Part shown: piece by piece, positions 55,432 through 64,000 of the stretch
Layout: the number at the start of each line of letters is the position of its first letter
How positions within the stretch are numbered: position 1 is the first letter of the stretch
Virus record (IMG/VR): IMGVR_UViG_3300037857_000053
Coordinates: 7,775-71,774 of that record
Strand: one strand, 5' to 3'
Length of the DNA stretch: 64,000 bases
From: a virus
Lineage: Duplodnaviria > Caudoviricetes
Notes under the pieces: generated by a model
What the model was told of the DNA's origin: nothing
Seen by the model: only the letters and a program-made list of their open reading frames with translations
Database searches by the model: none
Translations under genes and position numbers: made by a program

Positions 55432-55689
55432 GTGACCGATGCTGCCCCAATTTACATGACAGTTGAGACAATGGCCTCAAGCACACCACCGGAACATGCT
55501 GTTCGGCATCTCTGCCGCTTAGCTGACCGTGTTGGGATTTGGGTCAAGTCCGAAGTGAACGGAATAGAGGTGTTTGTCGCACCAGGGACGAACGAAAACT
55601 CGATGGCGCGACACTACCAGACTGCGGCTGATCGGAAAGCAAAGTTTGTTTCAACAAACGTTATTCCCGCAGCTCCCGAAACCCTGTGA
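55432..55689 (+). CDS. Hypothetical protein
   Basis: After GGAAGGCCC leader. Confidence 0.55.
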   Translation: MTDAAPIYMTVETMASSTPPEHAVRHLCRLADRVGIWVKSEVNGIEVFVAPGTNENSMARHYQTAADRKAKFVSTNVIPAAPETL

Positions 55690-55707
55690 CTCGAAAGGCC
55701 CCTGCCC

Positions 55708-56058
55708 GTGAAAGAGACTGTCTACATAGACGTTGCCTGCAACGATCCGGACAATGGCCTTTTCGCCAATCGGGCTGAATACATTCAGCTTATGGGCGGC
55801 GAAGTGGAGCTTGAGCGATACCCAGGCGTTCGCTTCTCGGAACTGCCAGACGGCATCAGAATTCACCGGCAGGTGTTTCCAACGGAAGGCTCAAAGGATT
55901 GGGTCGGTAACTGGTGTTGGAACCGCTACGCGCTATCGCGCGACAACGCGAAGAAGCTCTTTGAAAAGCTCCGCAGCAACGGCTGGCGCTGCACCACTGG
56001 ACCAACTCATTTTTATCGATGGTGGAACCGCGAAGGCCGGTTCGCCAAAACTGTGTGA
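55708..56058 (+). CDS. Hypothetical protein
   Basis: After GAAAGGCCC leader; WVGNWCW. Confidence 0.6.
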   Translation: MKETVYIDVACNDPDNGLFANRAEYIQLMGGEVELERYPGVRFSELPDGIRIHRQVFPTEGSKDWVGNWCWNRYALSRDNAKKLFEKLRSNGWRCTTGPTHFYRWWNREGRFAKTV

Positions 56059-56127
56059 AAGAAGGCACGGCAGATCATTGCACGGGTAAACAGAAGCCGC
56101 GGATACGATTGTAAAAAAGGAAACAAA

Positions 56128-56439
56128 ATGAACTCTGAAAAGAAAACATTTGCTGGCTGGTGGTTCTTTGTTGCCGGTTTGCTTCTCCTAACCATTCCCT
56201 TGTTTTGGGCTTTGAATACAGCAGGAATTTTCGGCAAGACCGTCGCGGAACGCGCAATCTTCGAGCAAAGCTATCAGAAGAAGGCGGGCGACAAATCCAA
56301 GGCGTCCATCTTCCGCGCTCAGCTTGCGGAGATTGAGAGCCGGCTGCGCAGCCCCAGCCTCACAGACGCTTTGCGCGCCGATCTTGAAGCGCAGCGCTCA
56401 TCCATCCGCATTCAGCTTTCAGCCATCGAAGGGAATTGA
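56128..56439 (+). CDS. Single-TM protein with coiled coil
   Basis: N-terminal hydrophobic helix; AAAGGA RBS. Confidence 0.65.
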   Translation: MNSEKKTFAGWWFFVAGLLLLTIPLFWALNTAGIFGKTVAERAIFEQSYQKKAGDKSKASIFRAQLAEIESRLRSPSLTDALRADLEAQRSSIRIQLSAIEGN

Positions 56440-56441
56440 TC

Positions 56442-57005
56442 ATGAAGCGTATCTCACTTGCAGTAATCGGCCTCGTTGCCGCGTCTACTTTGGCGGCCTG
56501 TCAAGAGCCTAGTGTATCGGCTCAGAAGCAAGACTCAGAAGCCGTAGACAGACAGCAGCAGCAGTATGCTAAGGCCCAGCCGATCCCGGCATATGACTAC
56601 AGTCTTGAGCGCGATCTGCTCATTCAGCTTTATGACGTGCGCAATACCAAGGTTTCCACGCACTCGGTCTGGCGCTCGGATCTTGGAACTATCGAAGGCG
56701 ACTGCCCGTCGATGGGGTATGGTCTGCCCTATGACACAAGCCTTACAAACCCACTGGTAGGCATGGAGATCCGAACAGCGGGCCAAGGTGCTAATCCTGC
56801 CGTCTCTATCGGTCAACCAGAGCCCAACGGCGTTTTTGCCAGCACGAACACGGCAGCAACATGGGTGTTCTGCGTCAGCGCTGGCGGGGTGATTGAGCCT
56901 CACTACGTCGAAACAAAAGTCACTGTTTATCCCGGACCGGTTTCCATCGACTACGACAAAAACCGCGTCCTTCGCAGCGGTGAAGCCACCGTAACCCTTA
57001 AGTGA
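56442..57005 (+). CDS. Lipoprotein
   Basis: Lipobox LAAC after a hydrophobic leader. Confidence 0.75.
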   Translation: MKRISLAVIGLVAASTLAACQEPSVSAQKQDSEAVDRQQQQYAKAQPIPAYDYSLERDLLIQLYDVRNTKVSTHSVWRSDLGTIEGDCPSMGYGLPYDTSLTNPLVGMEIRTAGQGANPAVSIGQPEPNGVFASTNTAATWVFCVSAGGVIEPHYVETKVTVYPGPVSIDYDKNRVLRSGEATVTLK

Positions 57006-57021
57006 TCAGGAAGCCCAGCAG

Positions 57022-57222
57022 ATGACTGATGAATGGGTTGTGCCCGCAGTATTGTTTCTGATTTTGGGGTCCGCCTCAGTTGGTGCAGGTCGGGCTTCTG
57101 GCTGGTACGCGCATATCCAAGGCAACCCACACGGCGCTCTTTCTGGATATTTCCTTGGGGTTTGCCTTTGGTTCGGATCAGTAATCAGCGCCGCTTATCT
57201 CGGCGCGTTCGTTTTTCAGTAA
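57022..57222 (+). CDS. Small two-TM protein
   Basis: Two hydrophobic stretches. Confidence 0.5.
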   Translation: MTDEWVVPAVLFLILGSASVGAGRASGWYAHIQGNPHGALSGYFLGVCLWFGSVISAAYLGAFVFQ

Positions 57223-57236
57223 AGAAAGGCCCGGAT

Positions 57237-57470
57237 ATGTCGTTCGAATGGCAGCCGATCCACACAGCGCCAAAAGACGGAACAAAGGTGGATCTATGGT
57301 GCATAAACCACCTCGACTACGCCAAACGCGGAGTCAGAAGAATGAACTGCTTTTGGGGGCCAGTGACAGATTGGTTTGGCAACGAACGCAATGACTGGAA
57401 CGGCGCGGCCAGTGACGATCTAGAACCGACACACTGGATCTGCATTACACCTCCTGAAACCAAACAATAG
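57237..57470 (+). CDS. DUF551-like protein
   Basis: WQPI.TAPKDGT...PTHW. Confidence 0.75.
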   Translation: MSFEWQPIHTAPKDGTKVDLWCINHLDYAKRGVRRMNCFWGPVTDWFGNERNDWNGAASDDLEPTHWICITPPETKQ

Positions 57471-57478
57471 AGGCCGCC

Positions 57479-57796
57479 ATGAGCGACATCGCAGCAAGAT
57501 CCGTTCGGTTTGAATACACCAATTGGCGCGGCGAAACGGCTGAACGTTGGGCTACGCCGTCAAAGATCTGGTGGGGTCGAACCGATTATCACCCGGAGCC
57601 GCAATGGCTCATGACAGCCTTTGATCACGACAAAGGCGCAGATCGTGATTTTGCGTTGAACGATTGCCGGTTTCTGGGGAGCGGCGCAGCTGGCTATGAG
57701 CCAGAGACCGAAACCCAGGACATGGGGGACACCGAGCTCCCATCATCACCCGAAGCTGCCGCTGTGGGCGGCGGCTTCGATCCCCGCAACCCCTAA
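57479..57796 (+). CDS. Stand-alone WYL-like domain protein
   Basis: F.YTNWRGE...R...P......W...A.D.......R.F.L. Confidence 0.7.
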   Translation: MSDIAARSVRFEYTNWRGETAERWATPSKIWWGRTDYHPEPQWLMTAFDHDKGADRDFALNDCRFLGSGAAGYEPETETQDMGDTELPSSPEAAAVGGGFDPRNP

Positions 57797-57947
57797 CCCA
57801 GTACCCAGGACGGCAGGCAAAGAACCCGCGAATGGGCAGCCTGATTTCCTGAACAGCCACGAAGGGAAAATCCCTTTTCTATCAGGTCAAAGGCAACTTT
57901 GACCGCAACGCAAGCTGGATTATCCAGCACATTTTTAAGGACATGAA

Positions 57948-59528
57948 ATGACTATTCATCAAGACGTCAAACCGGACTGGACGACCATTGACACCCAGGT
58001 CAAGCACCAGGGTAAGGAAATCGTCCTGCCATCGGATCCGGACGAAATGGAGTATGATGCAGCCATTGAAACGCTCCAGCGGATCAAGGAACAAGAAAGC
58101 CAGGAGTTCGACGTTCTGGAACACGTCCCAGGCGCACCTTGGGATGCTTTGCAGGCGCTTTACCATGCCATGCAAAAAATCTACGGCGTTGTTCTTTCCG
58201 AGAGCATCAAGACCATTTTCGGTGAGATCAAACCGGACTTCATGACGATCCAAACCGGCCCAAATGACCGGGACAAGATCCAGGTCCCATATGGCACGAT
58301 GAGTCTTCCGGGAGTAGCAAACTCAGTTCTGATTGGCACCACGGACGAGGGCGCGTTTATTCGAGGAACCGTCAAAAAGAAGGATCGGGCTCGGCTCATC
58401 GAAATTGCCAACCTGGCCCGCGAGATCCTAAAAACAAGCTCGGTCTACCGGGGCAAAGCGATCCGGCTCTCAGTTGACGAGTACGGAGATCTGAACCTGG
58501 ACAATCAGCCTCAGTTTCTCAACCTGGACGGCATTTCAGTCTCAGACATGATCCACACCAGGGAAACCGAAGCGCTCATTCGGACGAACATCTTTTCGCC
58601 GCTTGAGAACACCGAGGCCTGCCGCAATCACCAGATCCCGCTCAAACGTGGGATCCTGCTGGAAGGACGCTATGGAACCGGCAAGTCGCTGACGGCCCGG
58701 GTCACAGCTAAAGTTGCCGCGGATAACGGCTGGACCTTCCTTATGCTCGATCGCTCCCAGGGCTTGAAAAGCGCAATTGAGTTTGCGCAGCACTATCAGC
58801 CGTGTGTGATCTTTGCCGAGGACATCGACCGGTGTGCAGACCGGGACGATGAGGATGTCAACGATCTCGTGAACATGCTCGATGGGCTGATCTCCAAAGA
58901 TATGGAAATGATGGTCGTCTTGACCACGAACTTCATCGAGAAGATTGACCGGGCCCTGCTGCGCCCTGGACGCTTTGATGCGGTGATTTCGATCCAACCG
59001 CCGGATGCGGAAACGGCTGAACGCCTGGTCCATGCCTATGCTCGGGATCTCCTGGATGAAACGGCTGATCTGTCAGAAGTCGGAGAGGTTATTGCCGGAC
59101 AGATCCCGGCGACCATTCGGGAGGTCGTGGAACGGGCAAAGCTCGCCATGCTGACGGAGGGTCGCAAGTTCCTGACAGAGGAAGACTTGGAAGTCAGCGC
59201 CATCGGCATGAAACGTCACATGGCGTTGCTGGAGCCGACAGAAAGCGAGGCAACACCAGCTGAGAAGCTGTTTGATGCCATCAAGCTGGTGATGTCGGCA
59301 AGCGTGTCAGAGTCCGGAATTGAAGATCTGGCGACTGAGCGGGATCTGGAGACCAGCACGGGCATGATCCAGCAGCACATTGGACGGGTCGAGGACAGAC
59401 AGCGAGATACCCATCACGCAGCCATGGGGGCGGCTAGAGCTGCAAAAAAGGCAGCTGACAACACCGAAAAGCTTGTCGGCATGGAAAGAGGGAACGCGAT
59501 CGCGAACCTTCTCCGCCCGGCAAGCTAA
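57948..59528 (+). CDS. AAA+ ATPase
   Basis: GILLEGRYGTGKS, IFAEDID and LLRPGRFD motifs. Confidence 0.92.
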   Translation: MTIHQDVKPDWTTIDTQVKHQGKEIVLPSDPDEMEYDAAIETLQRIKEQESQEFDVLEHVPGAPWDALQALYHAMQKIYGVVLSESIKTIFGEIKPDFMTIQTGPNDRDKIQVPYGTMSLPGVANSVLIGTTDEGAFIRGTVKKKDRARLIEIANLAREILKTSSVYRGKAIRLSVDEYGDLNLDNQPQFLNLDGISVSDMIHTRETEALIRTNIFSPLENTEACRNHQIPLKRGILLEGRYGTGKSLTARVTAKVAADNGWTFLMLDRSQGLKSAIEFAQHYQPCVIFAEDIDRCADRDDEDVNDLVNMLDGLISKDMEMMVVLTTNFIEKIDRALLRPGRFDAVISIQPPDAETAERLVHAYARDLLDETADLSEVGEVIAGQIPATIREVVERAKLAMLTEGRKFLTEEDLEVSAIGMKRHMALLEPTESEATPAEKLFDAIKLVMSASVSESGIEDLATERDLETSTGMIQQHIGRVEDRQRDTHHAAMGAARAAKKAADNTEKLVGMERGNAIANLLRPAS

Positions 59529-59556
59529 ACCCAAACATTAACAAGGATTTTTTAAA

Positions 59557-59943
59557 ATGAACGATCTTAGCCAACTCCTTAGAGGGATCCGGGTGGAAGG
59601 GGTCCCGCAAAAACCTAACGAAAAGCCCGCGCCGGCTCCTGAGGCAGCAATCGAGACCTTGAGGGAAATCTGCGGGGTTTATCGGAGCGGAAACCCGTTC
59701 AGACCCGGAAACCTGGTAACGCCAAGGCCTTACTCGCATATCGGATACTCCGGACGGCCGCACATTGTCCTGGAGACAAGGGATGCAGAGCCGTTCTTTG
59801 AACTCGCGGATGACCAGTCTGATGTCTTTTCCCCCGCGTTCGGGATGAAGTTTGACATTCGGATAGCGTATTTCGACGGCGAACAGGTCCTGACCTATTG
59901 GGTCGAGTCCTGGCAGCTGGAAGCCTACAAGCCACAATCATAA
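59557..59943 (+). CDS. Hypothetical protein
   Basis: AAGGA RBS; FRPG.LV. Confidence 0.65.
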   Translation: MNDLSQLLRGIRVEGVPQKPNEKPAPAPEAAIETLREICGVYRSGNPFRPGNLVTPRPYSHIGYSGRPHIVLETRDAEPFFELADDQSDVFSPAFGMKFDIRIAYFDGEQVLTYWVESWQLEAYKPQS

Positions 59944-60032
59944 GAACCCTCCCCAACTTGGCCGGATTTGCTGACGTCTGTCCGGCCCCTTTTTCAAGCC
60001 ACCTGCGGGTGGTTTCAGAAAGGGAGAAATTC

Positions 60033-60269
60033 ATGACTGATCCAATCAAAGACGGCGGGCCCGCGTTTCCTGTCCCAGACCGTGAAGCTTCCGATCAAGG
60101 TGTGAGAGGCATGTCTCTGCGCGACTGGTTTGCCGGGCAAGCAGTTGCCGGTCTCATCGCGTCTGACGCCCCAGTCCCAGGAGTCGCAAAAGGGAGAATG
60201 GCAGAGTTGCTCGCGGTCACAGCCTACCGCATTGCAGATGAAATGATCGAGGCTCGAAAAGATGCGTGA
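60033..60269 (+). CDS. Conserved phage hypothetical protein
   Basis: DGGPAFP...GMSLRDWFAGQA...AY.IAD.M. Confidence 0.8.
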   Translation: MTDPIKDGGPAFPVPDREASDQGVRGMSLRDWFAGQAVAGLIASDAPVPGVAKGRMAELLAVTAYRIADEMIEARKDA

Positions 60270-60459
60270 CATCACAGCCGAGCTAAAGCCGTTCGTGGAT
60301 GACATTGTGGAAGACGCCAGAAAAGGCCAGTCAGACGCGCTTAATGTCATCAGGTCTCACAAGATGCACTGCGCTGCCCCCAATGATCCTGGCGCATATG
60401 GCATCTGCTGTGCAGCTTTTGATGACTGGAAAAAACGCACCGGAAAATCCGAGGAATAG
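60262..60459 (+). CDS. Hypothetical protein
   Basis: Overlap coupling. Confidence 0.55.
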   Translation: MRDITAELKPFVDDIVEDARKGQSDALNVIRSHKMHCAAPNDPGAYGICCAAFDDWKKRTGKSEE

Positions 60460-60468
60460 GTCATAGCT

Positions 60469-60720
60469 ATGTCAGACGAGATCACGTTCGAAGATAACGT
60501 TGCCATTTCCAGGGAGTTGGAGACGATCGCTCGCATGATCGACAAAAGACTCCGGCGGGCAACTGGCGGCAAAGCCGTTCCGTTCTCCCTTTACACCTGG
60601 GGCGGACACCGGAGCCAGTACATTTCCAACACCGATCGGCCCCAGATCAAAGCAGCGATGGAGGAAACTCTATCCCGCTGGAATGACGATGACGGTCCGA
60701 TCCATAAAACCGCGAACTGA
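60469..60720 (+). CDS. Hypothetical protein
   Basis: YISN..R pattern. Confidence 0.6.
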   Translation: MSDEITFEDNVAISRELETIARMIDKRLRRATGGKAVPFSLYTWGGHRSQYISNTDRPQIKAAMEETLSRWNDDDGPIHKTAN

Positions 60721-60736
60721 ATGCAGGGGTGAGAGA

Positions 60737-61216
60737 ATGGGACGATACGCATCTCATACTGAGGTCAGCAGTTCGTCATCACGGACTGAGATTGAAGAAA
60801 CGCTCTCTCGCTATGGAGCTGATCGGTTCATTTACGGTTGGGAAGAAGGCGGGGCGATTGTCGGTTTCACGATGCACAATCGACAGATCCGGTTCTATCT
60901 CCCAATGCCAGACAAGTCGGACCGCGTCTTTACCCATACTCCGAAGCAGGGAAAACTGCGGAGCCCGGAAGCGCAAGCAAAAGAATACGATCAGGCTGTT
61001 CGACAAAAGTGGCGCGCTCTTGCGCTCGTAATCAAGGCGAAGCTGGAGGCTGTTGAAAGCGGCATCACCGATTTCGAAGACGAGTTCCTGGCACACATCA
61101 CGCTTCCGGATGGTCGCAGTGTGGGTGATTTCATGAAGCCTCAGATCGAGCAGGCTTATTTGTCTGGAGATATGCCACGACTTTTGCCGTCACCAAGCGG
61201 ATCCGGAAAACGATGA
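60737..61216 (+). CDS. Conserved phage hypothetical protein
   Basis: YA..T.V....SR.EI...L..YGA; WRAL.L.IKAKLEAVE.GI..FE.EFL. Confidence 0.8.
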   Translation: MGRYASHTEVSSSSSRTEIEETLSRYGADRFIYGWEEGGAIVGFTMHNRQIRFYLPMPDKSDRVFTHTPKQGKLRSPEAQAKEYDQAVRQKWRALALVIKAKLEAVESGITDFEDEFLAHITLPDGRSVGDFMKPQIEQAYLSGDMPRLLPSPSGSGKR

Positions 61217-61503
61217 AAACCGGTGCAGAAATCTTGCAAGATCTCTCGGCAAAACACCTGATCGTGTTGGGGACACTGCATTTTCAGTCTGGCCGGCCGT
61301 TCAGCACAAAGACCCTGTGCCGACAGGTTCTTAAGCTTCACGGGAAAGATGGGATGCAGAAGACTAGGACCATCCTCGCAAGGTTGGAAAAGCTCGGACT
61401 GATTATGTCGGAAACCACCCGTGGACCTGGCATTCAGGTCCGTGATTGGAAGATAACAAGCACTGGGAAAATGCTGGTGCGCGGTTCAGAAATAGACACA
61501 TGA
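61213..61503 (+). CDS. Winged-helix-like protein
   Basis: L.RLEKLGLI.......WKIT..GK. Confidence 0.55.
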   Translation: MKTGAEILQDLSAKHLIVLGTLHFQSGRPFSTKTLCRQVLKLHGKDGMQKTRTILARLEKLGLIMSETTRGPGIQVRDWKITSTGKMLVRGSEIDT

Positions 61504-61679
61504 ACAAGGGAGCCGGGACGATGCGCTGGACGCTGGAAAGAGCGGAGGAAGCCGAATCCGAATTACAGGCCCGCGTAGATGCAGATCCAAATGATCAGGC
61601 GGCGAAATTGAACTTGAAGGCCGTCCAGAAAATTGTTCGAAAAATTCGCAATAACGAAGGATTTTAAGGGAGCCGGGAT

Positions 61680-61931
61680 ATGCCGAAGAAATCCGAGATA
61701 GACCGCATGTTGGTTCTGCTTTACCGGTCCAACAACGCGCACGGCTACACGAACTTTACTCGACCAGTTGACTGGATGGATAAGCTGCCGATGGTTGGAC
61801 TTGAGGAACTGGCGCAGTCTCTTTCGAACATGCGGGAAGAGGTCGAGGCCGAGATTGACAAACGTCTAGCCGAGGGCATGCCGAGGTTTTCTCGCGAAGA
61901 TCACAAACTCGGAAAAGAGTGGACAAGATAG
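61680..61931 (+). CDS. Hypothetical protein
   Basis: After AAGGGAGCC leader. Confidence 0.55.
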   Translation: MPKKSEIDRMLVLLYRSNNAHGYTNFTRPVDWMDKLPMVGLEELAQSLSNMREEVEAEIDKRLAEGMPRFSREDHKLGKEWTR

Positions 61932-62132
61932 ATGGCCGTTGAAGCTATTAACCGCAGTCTTTCAATCGTTCTGATGGTCGGAGGGTCAACAGTCCCTATA
62001 ACGAACTGGCTCGATGAGGACGGAGAAAATTGCGCTGCGGAAGATGCTGTAATGGCCGTTGCCGGCCCGGACTGCGAAGGTCTTTGGCACACGATCAGTC
62101 TGGATGAGTTCGAAAATATAACGACGCAATAA
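61932..62132 (+). CDS. 66-aa hypothetical protein, paralog of 20191-20397
   Basis: AINR...WL...AVMAVA...W..I.L.EF. Confidence 0.65.
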   Translation: MAVEAINRSLSIVLMVGGSTVPITNWLDEDGENCAAEDAVMAVAGPDCEGLWHTISLDEFENITTQ

Positions 62133-62145
62133 CGGAGCCGAGACA

Positions 62146-62364
62146 ATGGAATATGAAATTTGGTCCGAAGGCTATCTTGCAACCGGCGTGACTCATAGGG
62201 AGTCGAGACCGTTGACATGGATGGAACGCAATATGCCTATCACGGTTCACGCGTGGCGTCGTTTGCAGAAAAACCGCATTGAGCTTCGATATCACCGGGC
62301 AGTCGAGAAGGCCGCTGCGCTGTTGCAGAAACTTCAGGCTGCGGAAAAGAAGTTGGATTCATAA
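62146..62364 (+). CDS. Hypothetical protein
   Basis: GGAG RBS. Confidence 0.45.
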   Translation: MEYEIWSEGYLATGVTHRESRPLTWMERNMPITVHAWRRLQKNRIELRYHRAVEKAAALLQKLQAAEKKLDS

Positions 62365-62594
62365 GGGAGCCTTTAATGACCGGAAAAGAAGCTTACGAGG
62401 AAGACGTTCAAAGGTGCCCTGTTTATCCGTACTCAGGACATATAAGGCCACGTTGGGACGACCTGTCAGATCTCGTCAAATCCACCTGGAACAACAACCC
62501 AACCCCGCGTGAGTTTCAACGAATAGACGACAAACGAACCTGACAGCCGGGAAAGAACGGCAGCAAGATTCTTCAGCCACGAAGGAGCAAACCT

Positions 62595-62978
62595 ATGAAA
62601 CACGAAGATCCAAAGCGCATAGCGCTGGAGGCAATGATCGAAACCGTCCAGAAGCAGATGGACGGCGCACTGACGGTCAATCACAAAAGGGCCGCGGAAA
62701 TCCTTGGCATGAGACCTGCAACCCTGTTTGAGCTTGGCGATGACGGCCAGATCGACTACTTGCAGCGCGGAAAACGGCGGCACTATACTCTGCCGGCACT
62801 GATCGCCTATCTCACAGCCACGGAAAAATCCTCATGTCAGTCTACCGCCCCAAGGCAAGCGGCAGCTCGGAAGGCCGCAAAGCATATCGCTATGACTTCC
62901 AATTCAAAGGTCGTCGGTTTTCGGGCAGCACGGGAAAAACGTCTAAACGAGAAGCGGAACAGTTCGTCAAAGACCTGA
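62595..62978 (+). CDS. xis: Excisionase-like HTH protein
   Basis: KRAAEILGM...TL..L...G.I......RRHY; overlaps the 5' end of int. Confidence 0.75.
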   Translation: MKHEDPKRIALEAMIETVQKQMDGALTVNHKRAAEILGMRPATLFELGDDGQIDYLQRGKRRHYTLPALIAYLTATEKSSCQSTAPRQAAARKAAKHIAMTSNSKVVGFRAAREKRLNEKRNSSSKT

Positions 62979-64000
62979 AGGCCGAGCTTTCACAGGTCCG
63001 CGATGACACCACCATCGACGGAGCGTTTCAAAGGTTCTGGGAGGAAAAGGGACAGCACTACGCCAAGAGCGACACGGTGTTCTGGCGGCTGGAAACCCTG
63101 CAAGACATCCTGGAGCGGTTCTTGAAGGAAGACGGCAAGGCCCCTCTCCTGTCAAACGTAAGCACCGACATGATCGCCCGATATACAGCTCTGCGCCGGA
63201 CCCAGGTCAATCGCCGCAAAAAGCTCCCGGCACCGGCAACAATCAATCGGGAAATCCAGCTGCTGCGCACCGTCATGCGCTATGCCGTCAATGTCTGGCA
63301 AAAAGACATCACCCTGCCCGGCTTCGGCCTGGTCCTGGACGATGAGCCGGAGGAGCGGATTGTGGAGATCACCCGCGAGGAGCAAGAGGCTCTGAAAAAA
63401 AACCTGCGGGAGGACTACCACGACGTTCTGGATTTCCTGGCCCTGGCTGCAAACCGCGCCGGCAATGTGCTCCAGCACGAATCCAGAATGCTCCGGCCGG
63501 AAGATGTCGATCTGGAAAACCGGGTTGTCACGTTTCACGTCAAGTCGAAAAAACCAGGTGGCCGCCGCGTCCACATTCCGATCACCGAGCCCATGCTGGT
63601 GATCCTGGCAAACAATCTCGGCAAGCATCCGGACAGCGTCTTTACCTACCTGTGCAAGCGCACCGACAAGAAGCGGGGCAAGATCCGCGGCGAACGTTAC
63701 CCGCTCGCCCTGGGGTCCTTCTACACGTATTTCAAAAAGGCTGCGGCAGCGATCGGCAGACCCGAACTTCGGGTCCATGATCTGCGCCACACGGCCCTAA
63801 CACGAACCATGCGCGCAACCGGAGGTAATCTTCGGGCAGCCCAAAATCAGGCCGGTCACACCCGTGTTACGACCACCGAAAAATACGCCCACATCATGAT
63901 GGACGACCTGCGCAAGGCGCTGGAGACCGCTCACGAGTCCCACACAAACTCCCACACCGAAAACGAAAAAATCGGTCAAGTGCTTGAGAAGAAGGGGTGA
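62834..64000 (+). CDS. int: Tyrosine integrase
   Basis: Arm-binding YRYDFQFKGRR; catalytic R (ANRAG), K (VKSK), HDLRH, GH and Y (EKYAH). Confidence 0.97.
   Translation: MSVYRPKASGSSEGRKAYRYDFQFKGRRFSGSTGKTSKREAEQFVKDLKAELSQVRDDTTIDGAFQRFWEEKGQHYAKSDTVFWRLETLQDILERFLKEDGKAPLLSNVSTDMIARYTALRRTQVNRRKKLPAPATINREIQLLRTVMRYAVNVWQKDITLPGFGLVLDDEPEERIVEITREEQEALKKNLREDYHDVLDFLALAANRAGNVLQHESRMLRPEDVDLENRVVTFHVKSKKPGGRRVHIPITEPMLVILANNLGKHPDSVFTYLCKRTDKKRGKIRGERYPLALGSFYTYFKKAAAAIGRPELRVHDLRHTALTRTMRATGGNLRAAQNQAGHTRVTTTEKYAHIMMDDLRKALETAHESHTNSHTENEKIGQVLEKKG

Larger units (their letters stand above)
1..64000. mobile_element. Temperate phage/prophage with contractile tail; truncated on the left, no att site visible
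   Basis: Contiguous tail sheath/tube, baseplate, capsid, portal, terminase, helicase/primase, cI/cro, RecET and xis-int modules. Confidence 0.97.

Noticed and set aside
1-64000. CRISPR array, rRNA, IS element or att repeat
   Set aside because: No regularly spaced repeats, rRNA-like sequence, transposase or paired att cores were seen; the right att would lie beyond the window end.

Overview
The whole window is one temperate tailed phage with a contractile tail, most likely a prophage of an alphaproteobacterium (it carries GcrA- and GapR-like genes). The left edge cuts the tape-measure gene; the integrase stop codon falls exactly at 64000. Layout: tail, baseplate, head and terminase genes on the minus strand (1-31650); a plus-strand cluster resembling a plasmid leading region (31770-39900); replication and regulation genes on the minus strand (40070-46195); then cI, RecE/RecT, many small early genes and xis-int on the plus strand. 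The strongest new signal is two tandem 66-nt tRNA-Gly mimics (31510-31575, 31583-31648). They share a non-canonical cloverleaf with compensatory base changes, keep the GlyRS identity elements, and sit 13 nt upstream of a gene that looks like a methyltransferase-like domain fused to a Mom-like GNAT domain. I infer a self-contained tRNA-dependent DNA hypermodification system with dedicated glycyl-donor RNAs. Other highlights: a roughly 4 kb insert in the baseplate operon encoding Ro60 (TROVE), three tandem Y RNAs and a (p)ppGpp-hydrolase-like HD protein; a MuF protein fused to an ADP-ribosyltransferase; a leader motif AGCCACG(G/A)AG found 13 times in plus-strand intergenic DNA; and a candidate ~270-nt structured RNA after cI. 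All family assignments come from reading motifs by eye; no database search or folding program was run.
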